Shown here in pieces: positions 32,432-41,015 of a DNA stretch of 49,072 nucleotides; position 1 is the first letter of the stretch; each line of letters starts with the position of its first letter. The DNA comes from an uncultured Candidatus Saccharibacteria bacterium (GTDB taxonomy: Bacteria; Patescibacteriota; Minisyncoccia; Phycocordibacterales; UBA1006), in contig CAZVLM010000002.1 of the NCBI GenBank assembly GCA_964628065.1, positions 18,993 through 68,064 on the forward strand. Reading direction: 5' to 3'. Below the pieces are notes generated by a model, which was not told where the DNA came from, made no database searches, and saw only the letters and a list, made by a program, of their open reading frames with translations. A program made the position numbers and the translations under genes.

Positions 32432-33997
32432 ATGCAAAAAGCCCTCAAAATGATTCCTGAGATTGCGAGAAACTTATTCAGGATTAAGTATTTAATATGG
32501 TATGTGGTCGCGGTTGCAGCTACTGCGCTTCTTTCTGCATTAAATGTAGATGCATGGTATTTCGCGTATTTTCAAAATACGAATGCTTACACATTTTTCA
32601 TACTGGCGGGATTGCTTGGATTTTTCGTTCCCATCATCGGATGGGGAATACTGCTTACTATAGGAAACGTTAAAAAATCACAGCGACTTCAAAAGGCGGC
32701 ATGGATGTTTGCATTATCTGGAATACTTGGCTATTTATGTTCTACTTTCTTGAAAGTCTTTACTGGACGGATCGGACCACCGCACGGCATCGTTGCAAAT
32801 CTTGTTGAGTTATCGCATACATTCCAATTAGGAATCTATAAGGGAGGAATTTTTTGGGGTTGGCCGTCTTCGCATACAACCGTTGCATTTGCGATGTCAG
32901 TTGCGCTGGCTGTTTATTATAAGGACAAGAAGTGGGTTGGCGTGCTCGCGATCATTTATGCGGTATATGTCGGCATCGGCGCTTCGATGAGTTTCCATTG
33001 GTTGGGCGACGTTGTTGCTGGAATTATTTTCGGATCGATTATTGGAATTGTGGTGGGAAAAGTATTTTCAAAACCAGTCCACAAAACCGTTATTGAGGAA
33101 AGGGAACTTATTAAAATTCTAAGAAAAGAATTCAGCGGCCCCATTTCAGAAATCGTGTCACTTACCGGAGGGGAAGGATCGCAGGCGTTCAGTTTCAAAT
33201 TTAACAATGAGTATTACGTCATAAGAGTAAGCGACAAGGGAGCAGAAGCTTACTTAAAAGATGAATACGCGTATAAACATTTTAAGTCTCCACTGATACC
33301 AATGCCTGAAGTACTGAAAGTGCACGAGTCCGAAAATGGTTATTCTTATGCCATTACAAAAAAGGTTTCAGGATCGCTAATAAAAAGTCTTTCATTGGAA
33401 GAACTTGAGAAAACAATCCCGGACTTATTCAAAGTCCTGGATGAGATTCATAAGACCGATATAAGTAAGACAGTAGGATATGCCGATTGGAATCGAGACG
33501 GAGTAGGCATTAGCAAATCATGGAAAGAGGCTATCTTAGATGTCGGTGAATTTATTATTGATAAGAAGACAGGGAAAAGCATGTTCGATACTACTATGCT
33601 TGAAAAAGATTTTTGGGATAAAGCATATGCGCAATTAACGGAGCTTTTGCAATTTTGCCCAGAAGATCGATGGCTGGTGCATGGTGACTATGGATCAGAT
33701 AATACTCTTGCGAAGAATGGAAAAGTTACAGGCGTAATCGATTGGGGAGGATCGATGTATGGAGACTTCTTGTATGATATTGCATGGCTTGAATTCTTTT
33801 CAAAAGGATATTCGTATGAAGAAGTCTATAAAAAGCATTTAGTTTCTCAAAACAGATTGCCTGAACATTTCGACGAACGCGTTCGCTGTTACAAACTTTG
33901 GATTGGTATGAGTTCGATGAGTTTCTACGCGTATTCAGATCAACGAGATAAGTACAAAAGGTCTAAAGGAAAAATAGAAAAACTTTTGCAAAAATAA
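32432..33997 (+). CDS. Fusion protein: N-terminal PAP2-type membrane phosphatase + C-terminal aminoglycoside-phosphotransferase (APH)/choline-kinase-fold domain
   Basis: PAP2 motifs KVFTGRIGPP / WPSSHT / SFHWLGDVVAG. Kinase-fold motifs VHGDYGSDNTL and GVIDWGGSMYGDFLYDIAW. Confidence 0.75.
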   Translation: MQKALKMIPEIARNLFRIKYLIWYVVAVAATALLSALNVDAWYFAYFQNTNAYTFFILAGLLGFFVPIIGWGILLTIGNVKKSQRLQKAAWMFALSGILGYLCSTFLKVFTGRIGPPHGIVANLVELSHTFQLGIYKGGIFWGWPSSHTTVAFAMSVALAVYYKDKKWVGVLAIIYAVYVGIGASMSFHWLGDVVAGIIFGSIIGIVVGKVFSKPVHKTVIEERELIKILRKEFSGPISEIVSLTGGEGSQAFSFKFNNEYYVIRVSDKGAEAYLKDEYAYKHFKSPLIPMPEVLKVHESENGYSYAITKKVSGSLIKSLSLEELEKTIPDLFKVLDEIHKTDISKTVGYADWNRDGVGISKSWKEAILDVGEFIIDKKTGKSMFDTTMLEKDFWDKAYAQLTELLQFCPEDRWLVHGDYGSDNTLAKNGKVTGVIDWGGSMYGDFLYDIAWLEFFSKGYSYEEVYKKHLVSQNRLPEHFDERVRCYKLWIGMSSMSFYAYSDQRDKYKRSKGKIEKLLQK

Positions 33998-34022
33998 AAA
34001 ACCCGCGACACGCTCGGGGTTT

Positions 34023-35501
34023 TTACTTAAGGAACATCTTATCAATCATCCCACCATGCTCGTTCAGATATCTCCTGATCTGCTGCTTGGCAAGCGTTGT
34101 CTTGCATGAGTCGAGCCATTTGCGGTTCGGCTTATTCTTTTCTGAGGTCATGATTTCGATTACATCACCTTGGTTTACCACGGTATCAATCGAAACCATT
34201 TTACCGTTTACGCGAGCACCGAAAATATGGTTTCCAATGTCCGAATGGATTGCATACGCAAAGTCGATGACGCATGAACCCTTCGGAAGCTCGATTACGT
34301 CTCCTTTTGGAGTGTATACGAATACGCGCGCTTGGAAGAAGTCTAATTTTAAATGCGTTAAGAAGTCTTCTGGTTTTTCCATGTGACGCTGTGCCTCGAG
34401 GAGTTCTTGGGTCCATGAAATTTTTGCATTGGGGTTGGGCTTACGCTTGATTTGCGTCGAAGCTCTTCCTTTTTCCTTATAGCCAACATGGGAGTAAATA
34501 CCGTACTCGGCTTCCTCATGCATTTCTTCGGTACGAATCTGGATTTCAATGACGCCTCCTTGACCATCAAATACAGTTGTATGCAGTGACTGGTAGCCGT
34601 TTGGTTTCGGCGTAGCAATATAATCTTTAAATTTTCCCGGAAGCGGCTTGTACAATCCGTGAATAATACCGAGGGCTTGATAACAATCACCAATATTTGG
34701 CACTAAAATACGAAGCGCGAAAATATCATAAATCTTCGCGATGTCGTATTCATGATGTTTCAACTTGTCCCACAAACTGTACAAGTGTTTCACGCGGTAA
34801 TTTAAGCTTGTAATATTCGCATCTAGTATCGCAAGTTCCTGTTTTAAGTTTTCAGCAACCGCCGTTAAGTGCTGCTCCCCGAGTGTTGTGTAATCAGAAA
34901 GAAGCTTTTTTACTTTGTGATATTCTTCAGGATACGCAAAAGGGAAGGCGTGGTCTTCCAGCTGTGCTTTGATTTTTCCCATCCCTAGGCGATCGGCAAG
35001 TCTTGCATAAATTTCAAGTGTTTCGAGCGCAATACGATTCTGCTTTTCCTTCGGCACGTGCTCAAGCGTAGAAATATTATGAAGTCGATCTGCGAGCTTG
35101 ATTACGACGACGCGAATGTCGTGAGCACTTGCGATGAAGAACTTGCGGAGCGATTCCGCATGTCGTGCAGCACCTTTATATTTTAGATGACCAAGCTTTG
35201 TCACTCCCTCAACAAGGTTTACAATTTCATCGCCAAACTCCACAGCCATTTCTTCGGCGGTTGTCTCAGTATCTTCAAGTAAGTCATGCATAAGTCCTGC
35301 TGCAATCGTTGTTGCATCGGCATTCATTTGCGCGAGAATTTTCGCGGTTGCAAAGACGTGATTGAAATAAGGCTCTCCACTGTTTCGAACCTGAGGCGCA
35401 TGCGCTTTTTGAGAAAACGAAAAAGCCTTCGCAATAAGTGTTTGCTCGTCTTCAGAAATACCTGGTTTTAACGCGAGGAGTTCCTCTACGGTTGGGTTCA
35501 T
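34023..35501 (-). CDS. rel: RelA/SpoT homologue (HD hydrolase + (p)ppGpp synthetase + TGS; no ACT region)
   Basis: HD block HVFATA...MHDLLEDT, synthetase block YQSLHTTV...EIQIRT, and TGS VFVYTPKGDVIELPKGS..DFAYAIH. Confidence 0.92.
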   Translation of the reverse strand: MNPTVEELLALKPGISEDEQTLIAKAFSFSQKAHAPQVRNSGEPYFNHVFATAKILAQMNADATTIAAGLMHDLLEDTETTAEEMAVEFGDEIVNLVEGVTKLGHLKYKGAARHAESLRKFFIASAHDIRVVVIKLADRLHNISTLEHVPKEKQNRIALETLEIYARLADRLGMGKIKAQLEDHAFPFAYPEEYHKVKKLLSDYTTLGEQHLTAVAENLKQELAILDANITSLNYRVKHLYSLWDKLKHHEYDIAKIYDIFALRILVPNIGDCYQALGIIHGLYKPLPGKFKDYIATPKPNGYQSLHTTVFDGQGGVIEIQIRTEEMHEEAEYGIYSHVGYKEKGRASTQIKRKPNPNAKISWTQELLEAQRHMEKPEDFLTHLKLDFFQARVFVYTPKGDVIELPKGSCVIDFAYAIHSDIGNHIFGARVNGKMVSIDTVVNQGDVIEIMTSEKNKPNRKWLDSCKTTLAKQQIRRYLNEHGGMIDKMFLK

Positions 35502-35552
35502 GGTCCTAGTATAGTTATTTTAAGCGGTTTGTCATTAGGGCGTGGTAGAACA

Positions 35553-35600
35553 AAAACAAAATAAAAAAGAGGGAATGATCCCTCTTTTTTATTTTGTTTT
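35553..35600. terminator. 22-bp perfect hairpin aaaacaaaataaaaaagaggga-atga-tccctcttttttattttgtttt
   Basis: Read directly, between divergent 3' and 5' gene ends. Confidence 0.7.
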
Positions 35601-35612
35601 AATACTCAGTGC

Positions 35613-36053
35613 TTAGTCTTCATCGGGCAGCCTAAGGTCTTTATCTGTTATGCATATTCCGCTCCATGGATACTGCAGGTTTGAGCGCGCTACATCGCAC
35701 AATTGCATAATACCTATATATTTCTGGTATTTCATTTGCATAGAGCGGGTAGGGTTCGTTGTTATTAGCTTATCAATTTCATCTTTTGCTACAGTGATAG
35801 TAATTTTATCTCCTCCCAGCGCGAGGTCTCCGAAAGGCATGCCAGTAGTTCGGTCATGCTGTATAACATATGCCGATTTCAAGATATGTCGGTAGGCGAT
35901 ATCTTTGTAGTAATCTTTTGTGCTCACCAGGGAGTATTCCTGAAAGGGTTTCTCAGAGCAATTGATTTTTTTGATTGAAAAATGGTTGCCTAATACAAAT
36001 CCTACAATAAGGGCTACAATAAGGCCAAGTGAGATTGCTTTCTTTGATTGCAT
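35613..36053 (-). CDS. Hypothetical membrane-anchored protein
   Basis: ORF with an N-terminal TM (ISLGLIVALIVGFVLG). TAAATA lies 7 nt upstream of the ATG. Confidence 0.45.
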   Translation of the reverse strand: MQSKKAISLGLIVALIVGFVLGNHFSIKKINCSEKPFQEYSLVSTKDYYKDIAYRHILKSAYVIQHDRTTGMPFGDLALGGDKITITVAKDEIDKLITTNPTRSMQMKYQKYIGIMQLCDVARSNLQYPWSGICITDKDLRLPDED

Positions 36054-36160
36054 AACTGGTTATTTAATTGGTTAGAAAATATCTTTTATATAATAGCACA
36101 TAAAATATTATTAGTCAAAACATTGTATGGCACGGAAATAAAAGGTACTATCTACGCTAT

Positions 36161-36976
36161 ATGAAAGAGTCTGGAAATTATGCAGAAAAATTAGTTAAGA
36201 AAACAGAAGAAGCAAAAGAGAAATTGATGTCCGGAGGAGTCGATTCTTTGCAGGCTCACTTTGAACTGCAGAATATTCAGCAAGAGGCTTATGGAAGCGA
36301 AGAACTTCGCAAGGAAGCAGAAGAAGAAAACAAAGAGAGATTTCCAGAAAAAATCGCGATCAAGAAAGGACTAGATTTTGTATTTGAGAAGAATCCTAAA
36401 TTGTCTCAGATTGGCAGTATTGAACAATATTCTGAATATTTAGACACTATTTTCCCTGATAGTAAATTCAAAGACGTTGTCTATCACGGCACCAGAGAAC
36501 AAATCCCTTTTGAAAAGTTTCATACAGAGAAAGTGGTCACGGCGAGAAATTTTGGAAAAGGAGTTTATTTTTCGCCAACTCTTGATAAGCCGCGAGGTTA
36601 CACCTATGACAGTGGGATGGTATTATCTGCGGTAGTAAATGTCACTAAGCCTTTCATTACAGAATCAAAATGGAAAGAATGGTTTCGAATAGGGGTACCA
36701 GTTCCTAATGGTTTGGGAGTATCAGAATATACCAATGGATGCGATACACTTTTTAATTATGATTATTTAGACAGGGATACGTTCAAGCAGATTAATGAGT
36801 ATATGGTTGAATACGGGGGAGAAAAAGATGAATTAGGATTTCCTGTATACCAACTAAGTATACGTGCTCATCCTGAACTTAAAGAAGTAGTAGTAGAAAA
36901 TCCTGATAGAATTCACATTCTTGGATCAGAAGCAGACCTCAAAGGATTTAAGGAATTTGTAGAAAGTCAAAAATAA
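36161..36976 (+). CDS. Putative ADP-ribosyltransferase-fold protein (PARP/ART-PolyVal-like H-Y-E pattern) with a coiled-coil N-terminus
   Basis: VVYHGTREQIPFEKF ... GKGVYFSPT ... EVVVENPDRIHILGS resemble the H / Y / acidic strands of PARP-like ARTs. Judged by eye only. Confidence 0.4.
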   Translation: MKESGNYAEKLVKKTEEAKEKLMSGGVDSLQAHFELQNIQQEAYGSEELRKEAEEENKERFPEKIAIKKGLDFVFEKNPKLSQIGSIEQYSEYLDTIFPDSKFKDVVYHGTREQIPFEKFHTEKVVTARNFGKGVYFSPTLDKPRGYTYDSGMVLSAVVNVTKPFITESKWKEWFRIGVPVPNGLGVSEYTNGCDTLFNYDYLDRDTFKQINEYMVEYGGEKDELGFPVYQLSIRAHPELKEVVVENPDRIHILGSEADLKGFKEFVESQK

Positions 36977-36980
36977 GATT

Positions 36981-37532
36981 ATGGAATCAAATTATAAAAA
37001 AGCCATATTTGCAGGCGGGTGCTTCTGGTGCACAGAGCATGATTTAAGAGCGGTTCCTGGCGTTATTAATGCAATTTCGGGGTATTCGGGTGGTGATACG
37101 TCAAATCCGACATACCAAGATCACGGCAATCACCGCGAAGCAGTAGAAATTACTTATGATCCATCTCTTGTAAGTTTTAAAAAACTGTGCCAGTTTTTCC
37201 TTGATCACATTGATCCGACTGATGCAGGCGGACAGTTTTACGATCGCGGGGAATCATATAAAACAGCGATTTATTATAAGAATGATGAAGAGAAGGGAAT
37301 TGCCGAAAGCTTAATAAAGGAGTTGGATGACAGTGGCTTATTTGCACCACTTAAAGTCGCTGTAGAAGTTCTTCCTGAAAAAGCATTTTACAAAGCGGAA
37401 GATTATCACCAGCAGTATGCCGAGAAAAATGAAATGCATTACAACAGCTACGCCAAAGGCTCCGGCCGCGTACAGTTCGTAGCGAATACGTGTGCCGTGA
37501 GGGAGGATAAGAAGATTCAGTGGAAGGAATAA
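36981..37532 (+). CDS. msrA: Peptide methionine (S)-sulfoxide reductase MsrA
   Basis: AIFAGGCFWCTEH active site, GYSGG, HREAV and DYHQQY blocks. Confidence 0.93.
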   Translation: MESNYKKAIFAGGCFWCTEHDLRAVPGVINAISGYSGGDTSNPTYQDHGNHREAVEITYDPSLVSFKKLCQFFLDHIDPTDAGGQFYDRGESYKTAIYYKNDEEKGIAESLIKELDDSGLFAPLKVAVEVLPEKAFYKAEDYHQQYAEKNEMHYNSYAKGSGRVQFVANTCAVREDKKIQWKE

Positions 37533-37566
37533 GTTTGACAAATATTATAAATAGCGGTATTCTTGT

Positions 37567-37938
37567 ATGGATACTGTTATTTTGATTAACTTAAAAGTGA
37601 ATAAAATGAAACCAAAAGAATTTGTCGCATGGATAGTTGGCTTTGTTATTGATTCAGGAAAAACCTCATTAACACATGATGAGATTCTTGAAATACAGGC
37701 CAGGTTAAAATCTGTTCTCGAAGCGGATGAGTGCCTAAAGCTTGCTTACTCAGATGTATATTTAGCCCGGGAAGAAAGGCGCGGCATCTTAGAATATATT
37801 CTTGAGCCCTCAATAAGTGTTTGTTTTTGGGTTAACCACTGGCTTGAAATACTTCCATCGGTAATTCATAGAAATGATGTACCAGAAAAAAGTTTCGAAA
37901 CTCTTGCACAGAGTATTAGAACTCAAATGGAAAGATGA
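37567..37938 (+). CDS. Hypothetical protein
   Basis: ORF only. TTGACA at 37535..37540 lies upstream. Start uncertain (ATG 37567 or the MKPKEF start). Confidence 0.4.
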   Translation: MDTVILINLKVNKMKPKEFVAWIVGFVIDSGKTSLTHDEILEIQARLKSVLEADECLKLAYSDVYLAREERRGILEYILEPSISVCFWVNHWLEILPSVIHRNDVPEKSFETLAQSIRTQMER

Positions 37939-38039
37939 TCAGATTTTTCGTATGCTCAATGAAGCCTTCCAGTTCCATGGCAAGGCTTCATTTTTTTGGA
38001 AATAAGCCAGTGATAAGATTTTATGATACAATTTTTATC

Positions 38040-38381
38040 ATGAGTATTATATCTTGGTTGATTCTTATAGGTTCCATTCTCGCCATCTCAATTGGCGATG
38101 TATTTATCAAAAAAGCAGGCGCAAGCGTGCAGTCATTTGGAGCAATATTTAAGAACCCGTGGTTTATTGCTGCTGCGCTGCTTTACATCGTTCAGGTCGT
38201 AGGTTTCGGTTACCTTTTCTTTTCAGGAGCTAAGCTAAGTTGGATCGCTGTCGTTCAAACAGTTCTGTATGCGCTGGTGGTAATTGGTTCAGGCGTGCTT
38301 ATCTTCCATGGGTCGATCAGTCTGGCTCAGGGAATTGGAATTGCGCTTGCAGTCGTTGGGCTAATTCTTGTTAATCTTTAA
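38040..38381 (+). CDS. Small 4-TM transporter-like protein (SMR/EamA half-size, ArnE-like)
   Basis: 113-aa hydrophobic protein with ISIGDVFIKKAG in TM1. The track N-terminal extension was dropped. Confidence 0.5.
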   Translation: MSIISWLILIGSILAISIGDVFIKKAGASVQSFGAIFKNPWFIAAALLYIVQVVGFGYLFFSGAKLSWIAVVQTVLYALVVIGSGVLIFHGSISLAQGIGIALAVVGLILVNL

Positions 38382-38384
38382 TCT

Positions 38385-39758
38385 ATGAAACAAAACAACT
38401 CTCCCTGGCTTACGCAATTAAATCACGAGCGACCTATTAACGTCATTGATAAGGATGTTGAAACAGATGTCGTTATTGTCGGTGGGGGAATTGCGGGGGT
38501 GGTGACGCTTTATTTCCTTCTTAAGCATACGGATAAGAAAGTCGTATTGCTCGAAGGTCATAGATTGGGTCATGGTGCAACGGGTCACAATGCTGGACAG
38601 GTGGTAGCTGAGTTTGAGCGCCCAATGGTTCACCTTGCTCGCGAGCACGGTATCAAAAAAGCTGTAGCAGGACTCGCTATGGTAGAAGAAGCATGGGACC
38701 TGCTTTCTCAGATTTTCGAGGAAACGGAAATAAAAATCCCGTTTAAGGAATTCATTGGCTACAGTGGGTACACCGATCAGAAGCCGCTCCTTGAAGAGCT
38801 TGAAACAGAGCTCATCAGATTTCAGCATGGGTTGATGCATTTCCCGACACTTGTTTCTCGTGAGTCAGAATGGATGAAAACCATTCCGTCCAAGTTTCAT
38901 CCGATTTGTACAGAAGTAGAAGGATCCCTTATTACGGAATTGCTTGAACTCAAAAAAGAAGGATACAAAGCGGTAATCCCTAATAAGGCAGCAACACTTA
39001 ACAGCGCGCTCTTTTCAGAGCGATTGGCGCTTTGGTGTCTTGAAAAATATCCAGACAGGGTAAAGATTTTTGAGAAGAGTTTTGTGCAGGGTGTTGAGCT
39101 TAATGCGGACAAGCCTCGTTTGTTTACTGATCATTTTGTAATTACTTGCGATGAAATCGTTCTTTGTACCAATGGATTTGAAAACTTCTATATTCATGAC
39201 AAGCAGGGACTTGATATCGATACAAAGTTTCATCATCTGATCCGAGGTGTTGTTGGATATATGACGGGCTACCTTACTAATAATGAATTGCCACCGATGG
39301 CGAATCGCTATTACGAAGAAGGACTAAAAGGAGAGGGAGAGTTCCAGAAGGAGCGACTTTCTGATATTTACTTTTACATTACACAAAGAAAATTTGGAGA
39401 TGAAGAAAGTAATCAGCACCTTCTTGCAGTTGGAGGCCCTGAAATAAGTTTGGTAGAACGAGAAATTTATTTTAATGAGTTTGATGTTCCTGAAAAATTC
39501 CGTGATGATTCGGTTGCTTTTGCAGAAAAATATTTCACAACTGATGCATTTGATCAGAAGTTTTTCTGGCATGGCCTAATGGGGTACACACGCACGGGTG
39601 TGCGAGTGGTGGGACGAGAGCCTTTGGATGGGCGACTGCTTTATAACTTGGGTTGTAACGGAGTGGGTATTATGCCAAGTATCATGGGCGGACTTAAAAT
39701 AGCGAGACATATTAACGGGGAAGAGGTAGAGGAGACAATTTTCGATCCTGTAAGATAA
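38385..39758 (+). CDS. FAD-dependent oxidoreductase (DAO family)
   Basis: Dinucleotide-binding VVIVGGGIAGV...LLE and the C-terminal GCNGVGIM typical of the DAO family. Confidence 0.8.
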   Translation: MKQNNSPWLTQLNHERPINVIDKDVETDVVIVGGGIAGVVTLYFLLKHTDKKVVLLEGHRLGHGATGHNAGQVVAEFERPMVHLAREHGIKKAVAGLAMVEEAWDLLSQIFEETEIKIPFKEFIGYSGYTDQKPLLEELETELIRFQHGLMHFPTLVSRESEWMKTIPSKFHPICTEVEGSLITELLELKKEGYKAVIPNKAATLNSALFSERLALWCLEKYPDRVKIFEKSFVQGVELNADKPRLFTDHFVITCDEIVLCTNGFENFYIHDKQGLDIDTKFHHLIRGVVGYMTGYLTNNELPPMANRYYEEGLKGEGEFQKERLSDIYFYITQRKFGDEESNQHLLAVGGPEISLVEREIYFNEFDVPEKFRDDSVAFAEKYFTTDAFDQKFFWHGLMGYTRTGVRVVGREPLDGRLLYNLGCNGVGIMPSIMGGLKIARHINGEEVEETIFDPVR

Positions 39759-39766
39759 GTTACGAT

Positions 39767-39907
39767 GCTCCCCGGATTCACCCTTCCGCCCTTCGGGCAC
39801 CTCCCCTTCGCAGGGGAGGAAACTCCTTCGAAAGTTTCTCACAAAGGTAGAGTTAGATGCTCCCCTGCGAAGGGGAGCTGTCTTGCGCAGCAAGACTGAG
39901 GGGTGAG
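39767..39907. repeat. Cluster of type-3 GC-rich palindromic units (ctccccttcgcaggggag; ctcccctgcgaaggggag + gtcttgcgcagcaagac + gaggggtg box)
   Basis: Read directly. The right unit is the near reverse complement of 24061..24107. A small hairpin gaaact-ccttcgaa-agtttc lies in between. Confidence 0.8.
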
Positions 39908-39910
39908 ATA

Positions 39911-39919
39911 TGATATAAT
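39911..39919 (+). promoter_or_regulatory. Extended -10 box TGATATAAT, 6 nt upstream of ATG 39926
   Basis: tgatataat-ccattt-ATG read directly. Confidence 0.55.
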
Positions 39920-39925
39920 CCATTT

Positions 39926-40255
39926 ATGAAACTAGCCAACAAAAAATGCATTCCATGCGAAGACAAATCAATAAAGCCATTTTCTAAGAAAGAGGCGACG
40001 TTGATGCTGAAAGAAATCCCAAAGTGGGAACTTGCGAAAAGCGCGAAGAAAATCTCTCGCAAATGGCTGTTCAAGGACTTCGTCCAAGCTCTTAAGTTTA
40101 CGAACGCAGTAGGAAAGGTGGCTGAGAAAAACGGACATCATCCTGATATTTCAATTTCTTATAATAAAGTTACATTGGATCTGTTTACTCACTCAATCGG
40201 AGGCCTTTCCGAAAATGATTTCATTGTTGCGGCTAAGATAGATCTTATTAAATAG
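39926..40255 (+). CDS. Pterin-4-alpha-carbinolamine dehydratase (PCD/DCoH family)
   Basis: F..F..A..F.N.VG..AE..GHHPDI...YN.V...L.TH..GGLSENDF pattern present. Confidence 0.85.
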   Translation: MKLANKKCIPCEDKSIKPFSKKEATLMLKEIPKWELAKSAKKISRKWLFKDFVQALKFTNAVGKVAEKNGHHPDISISYNKVTLDLFTHSIGGLSENDFIVAAKIDLIK

Positions 40256-40256
40256 T

Positions 40257-40859
40257 ATGGAGTTTTTTGTAGCTCACAAGCACATATTCGTAGTCTTGCA
40301 TGCTCTTGCGGCGGCAGGCGGCCTTGGTGCGGTGCTTATCACCGACACCTTGTTCTTTATGTTTTTAAAAGACTTTAAAATTTCTCGCAAGGAAAATGAA
40401 GTGCTTAAGACAATCTCGGGAGCAGTGTGGGTTATTATTGTGCTCCTATTTTTAACAGGTCTCGCTTTGTATTTATCTGCGCCGATGGATTATCTTACAA
40501 AGGCAAAGTTTGTAACCAAGCTTGTTATTTTCGGAGTAATTGTCGGCAATGGCTTTCTACTTAATTGGCTTATTACGCCATTTCTTACCAAAATTTCTTT
40601 TGGCCCCGTGACCGTTGAGCCAACAACAACATTGCGCGTGATGCGACGCATTGCATTTGCGTCAGGAGCCGTATCAATGGTTTCTTGGCTTGCGGTGTTT
40701 ATCCTTGGCTCAATACGATCTATTCCGATCAATGCTGCTCAGGCTTTATTGGTGTATGCAGGCCTTATCATCATAGTAGTCCTTGGGAGTCAGTTTTATG
40801 CTACTTGGGTAAAACACCACAGTATTTTTGGAAATTACTTAAAAGTTCGAAAGGACTAG
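40257..40859 (+). CDS. Hypothetical multi-pass membrane protein
   Basis: 5 predicted hydrophobic helices. Starts 1 nt after the PCD stop. Confidence 0.5.
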   Translation: MEFFVAHKHIFVVLHALAAAGGLGAVLITDTLFFMFLKDFKISRKENEVLKTISGAVWVIIVLLFLTGLALYLSAPMDYLTKAKFVTKLVIFGVIVGNGFLLNWLITPFLTKISFGPVTVEPTTTLRVMRRIAFASGAVSMVSWLAVFILGSIRSIPINAAQALLVYAGLIIIVVLGSQFYATWVKHHSIFGNYLKVRKD

Positions 40860-40906
40860 ATTTTTTCAGCTATTTTTGCTATAACAAGCTGTGCACATGC
40901 ACATAT

Positions 40907-40979
40907 GGGGGTTATGGTGTAACGGTTAACACTCGGGTTTGTGGTACCCGCAATCTGGGTTCGATTCCCAGTAGCCCCC
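40907..40979 (+). tRNA. tRNA-His (anticodon GUG) with encoded G-1
   Basis: GGGGGTTATGGTGTAACGGTTAACACTCGGGTTTGTGGTACCCGCAATCTGGGTTCGATTCCCAGTAGCCCCC. Anticodon loop UUGUGGU. The extra 5' G pairs with C73. Confidence 0.9.
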
Positions 40980-40985
40980 CAAGTA

Positions 40986-41015
40986 GTAAAAAGCTCCCAC
41001 TCGGGAGCTTTTTAC
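40986..41015. terminator. Hairpin gtaaaaagctccc-actc-gggagctttttac
   Basis: 13-bp perfect inverted repeat between tRNA-His and the convergent 41016 gene. Confidence 0.7.

Noticed and set aside
1125-39907. Whether the palindromic GC-rich repeats could be a CRISPR array
   Set aside because: Copies are dispersed over 39 kb with irregular spacing and occur in both orientations. They vary in sequence, and some lie inside essential genes. No regular repeat-spacer periodicity and no cas genes are present.
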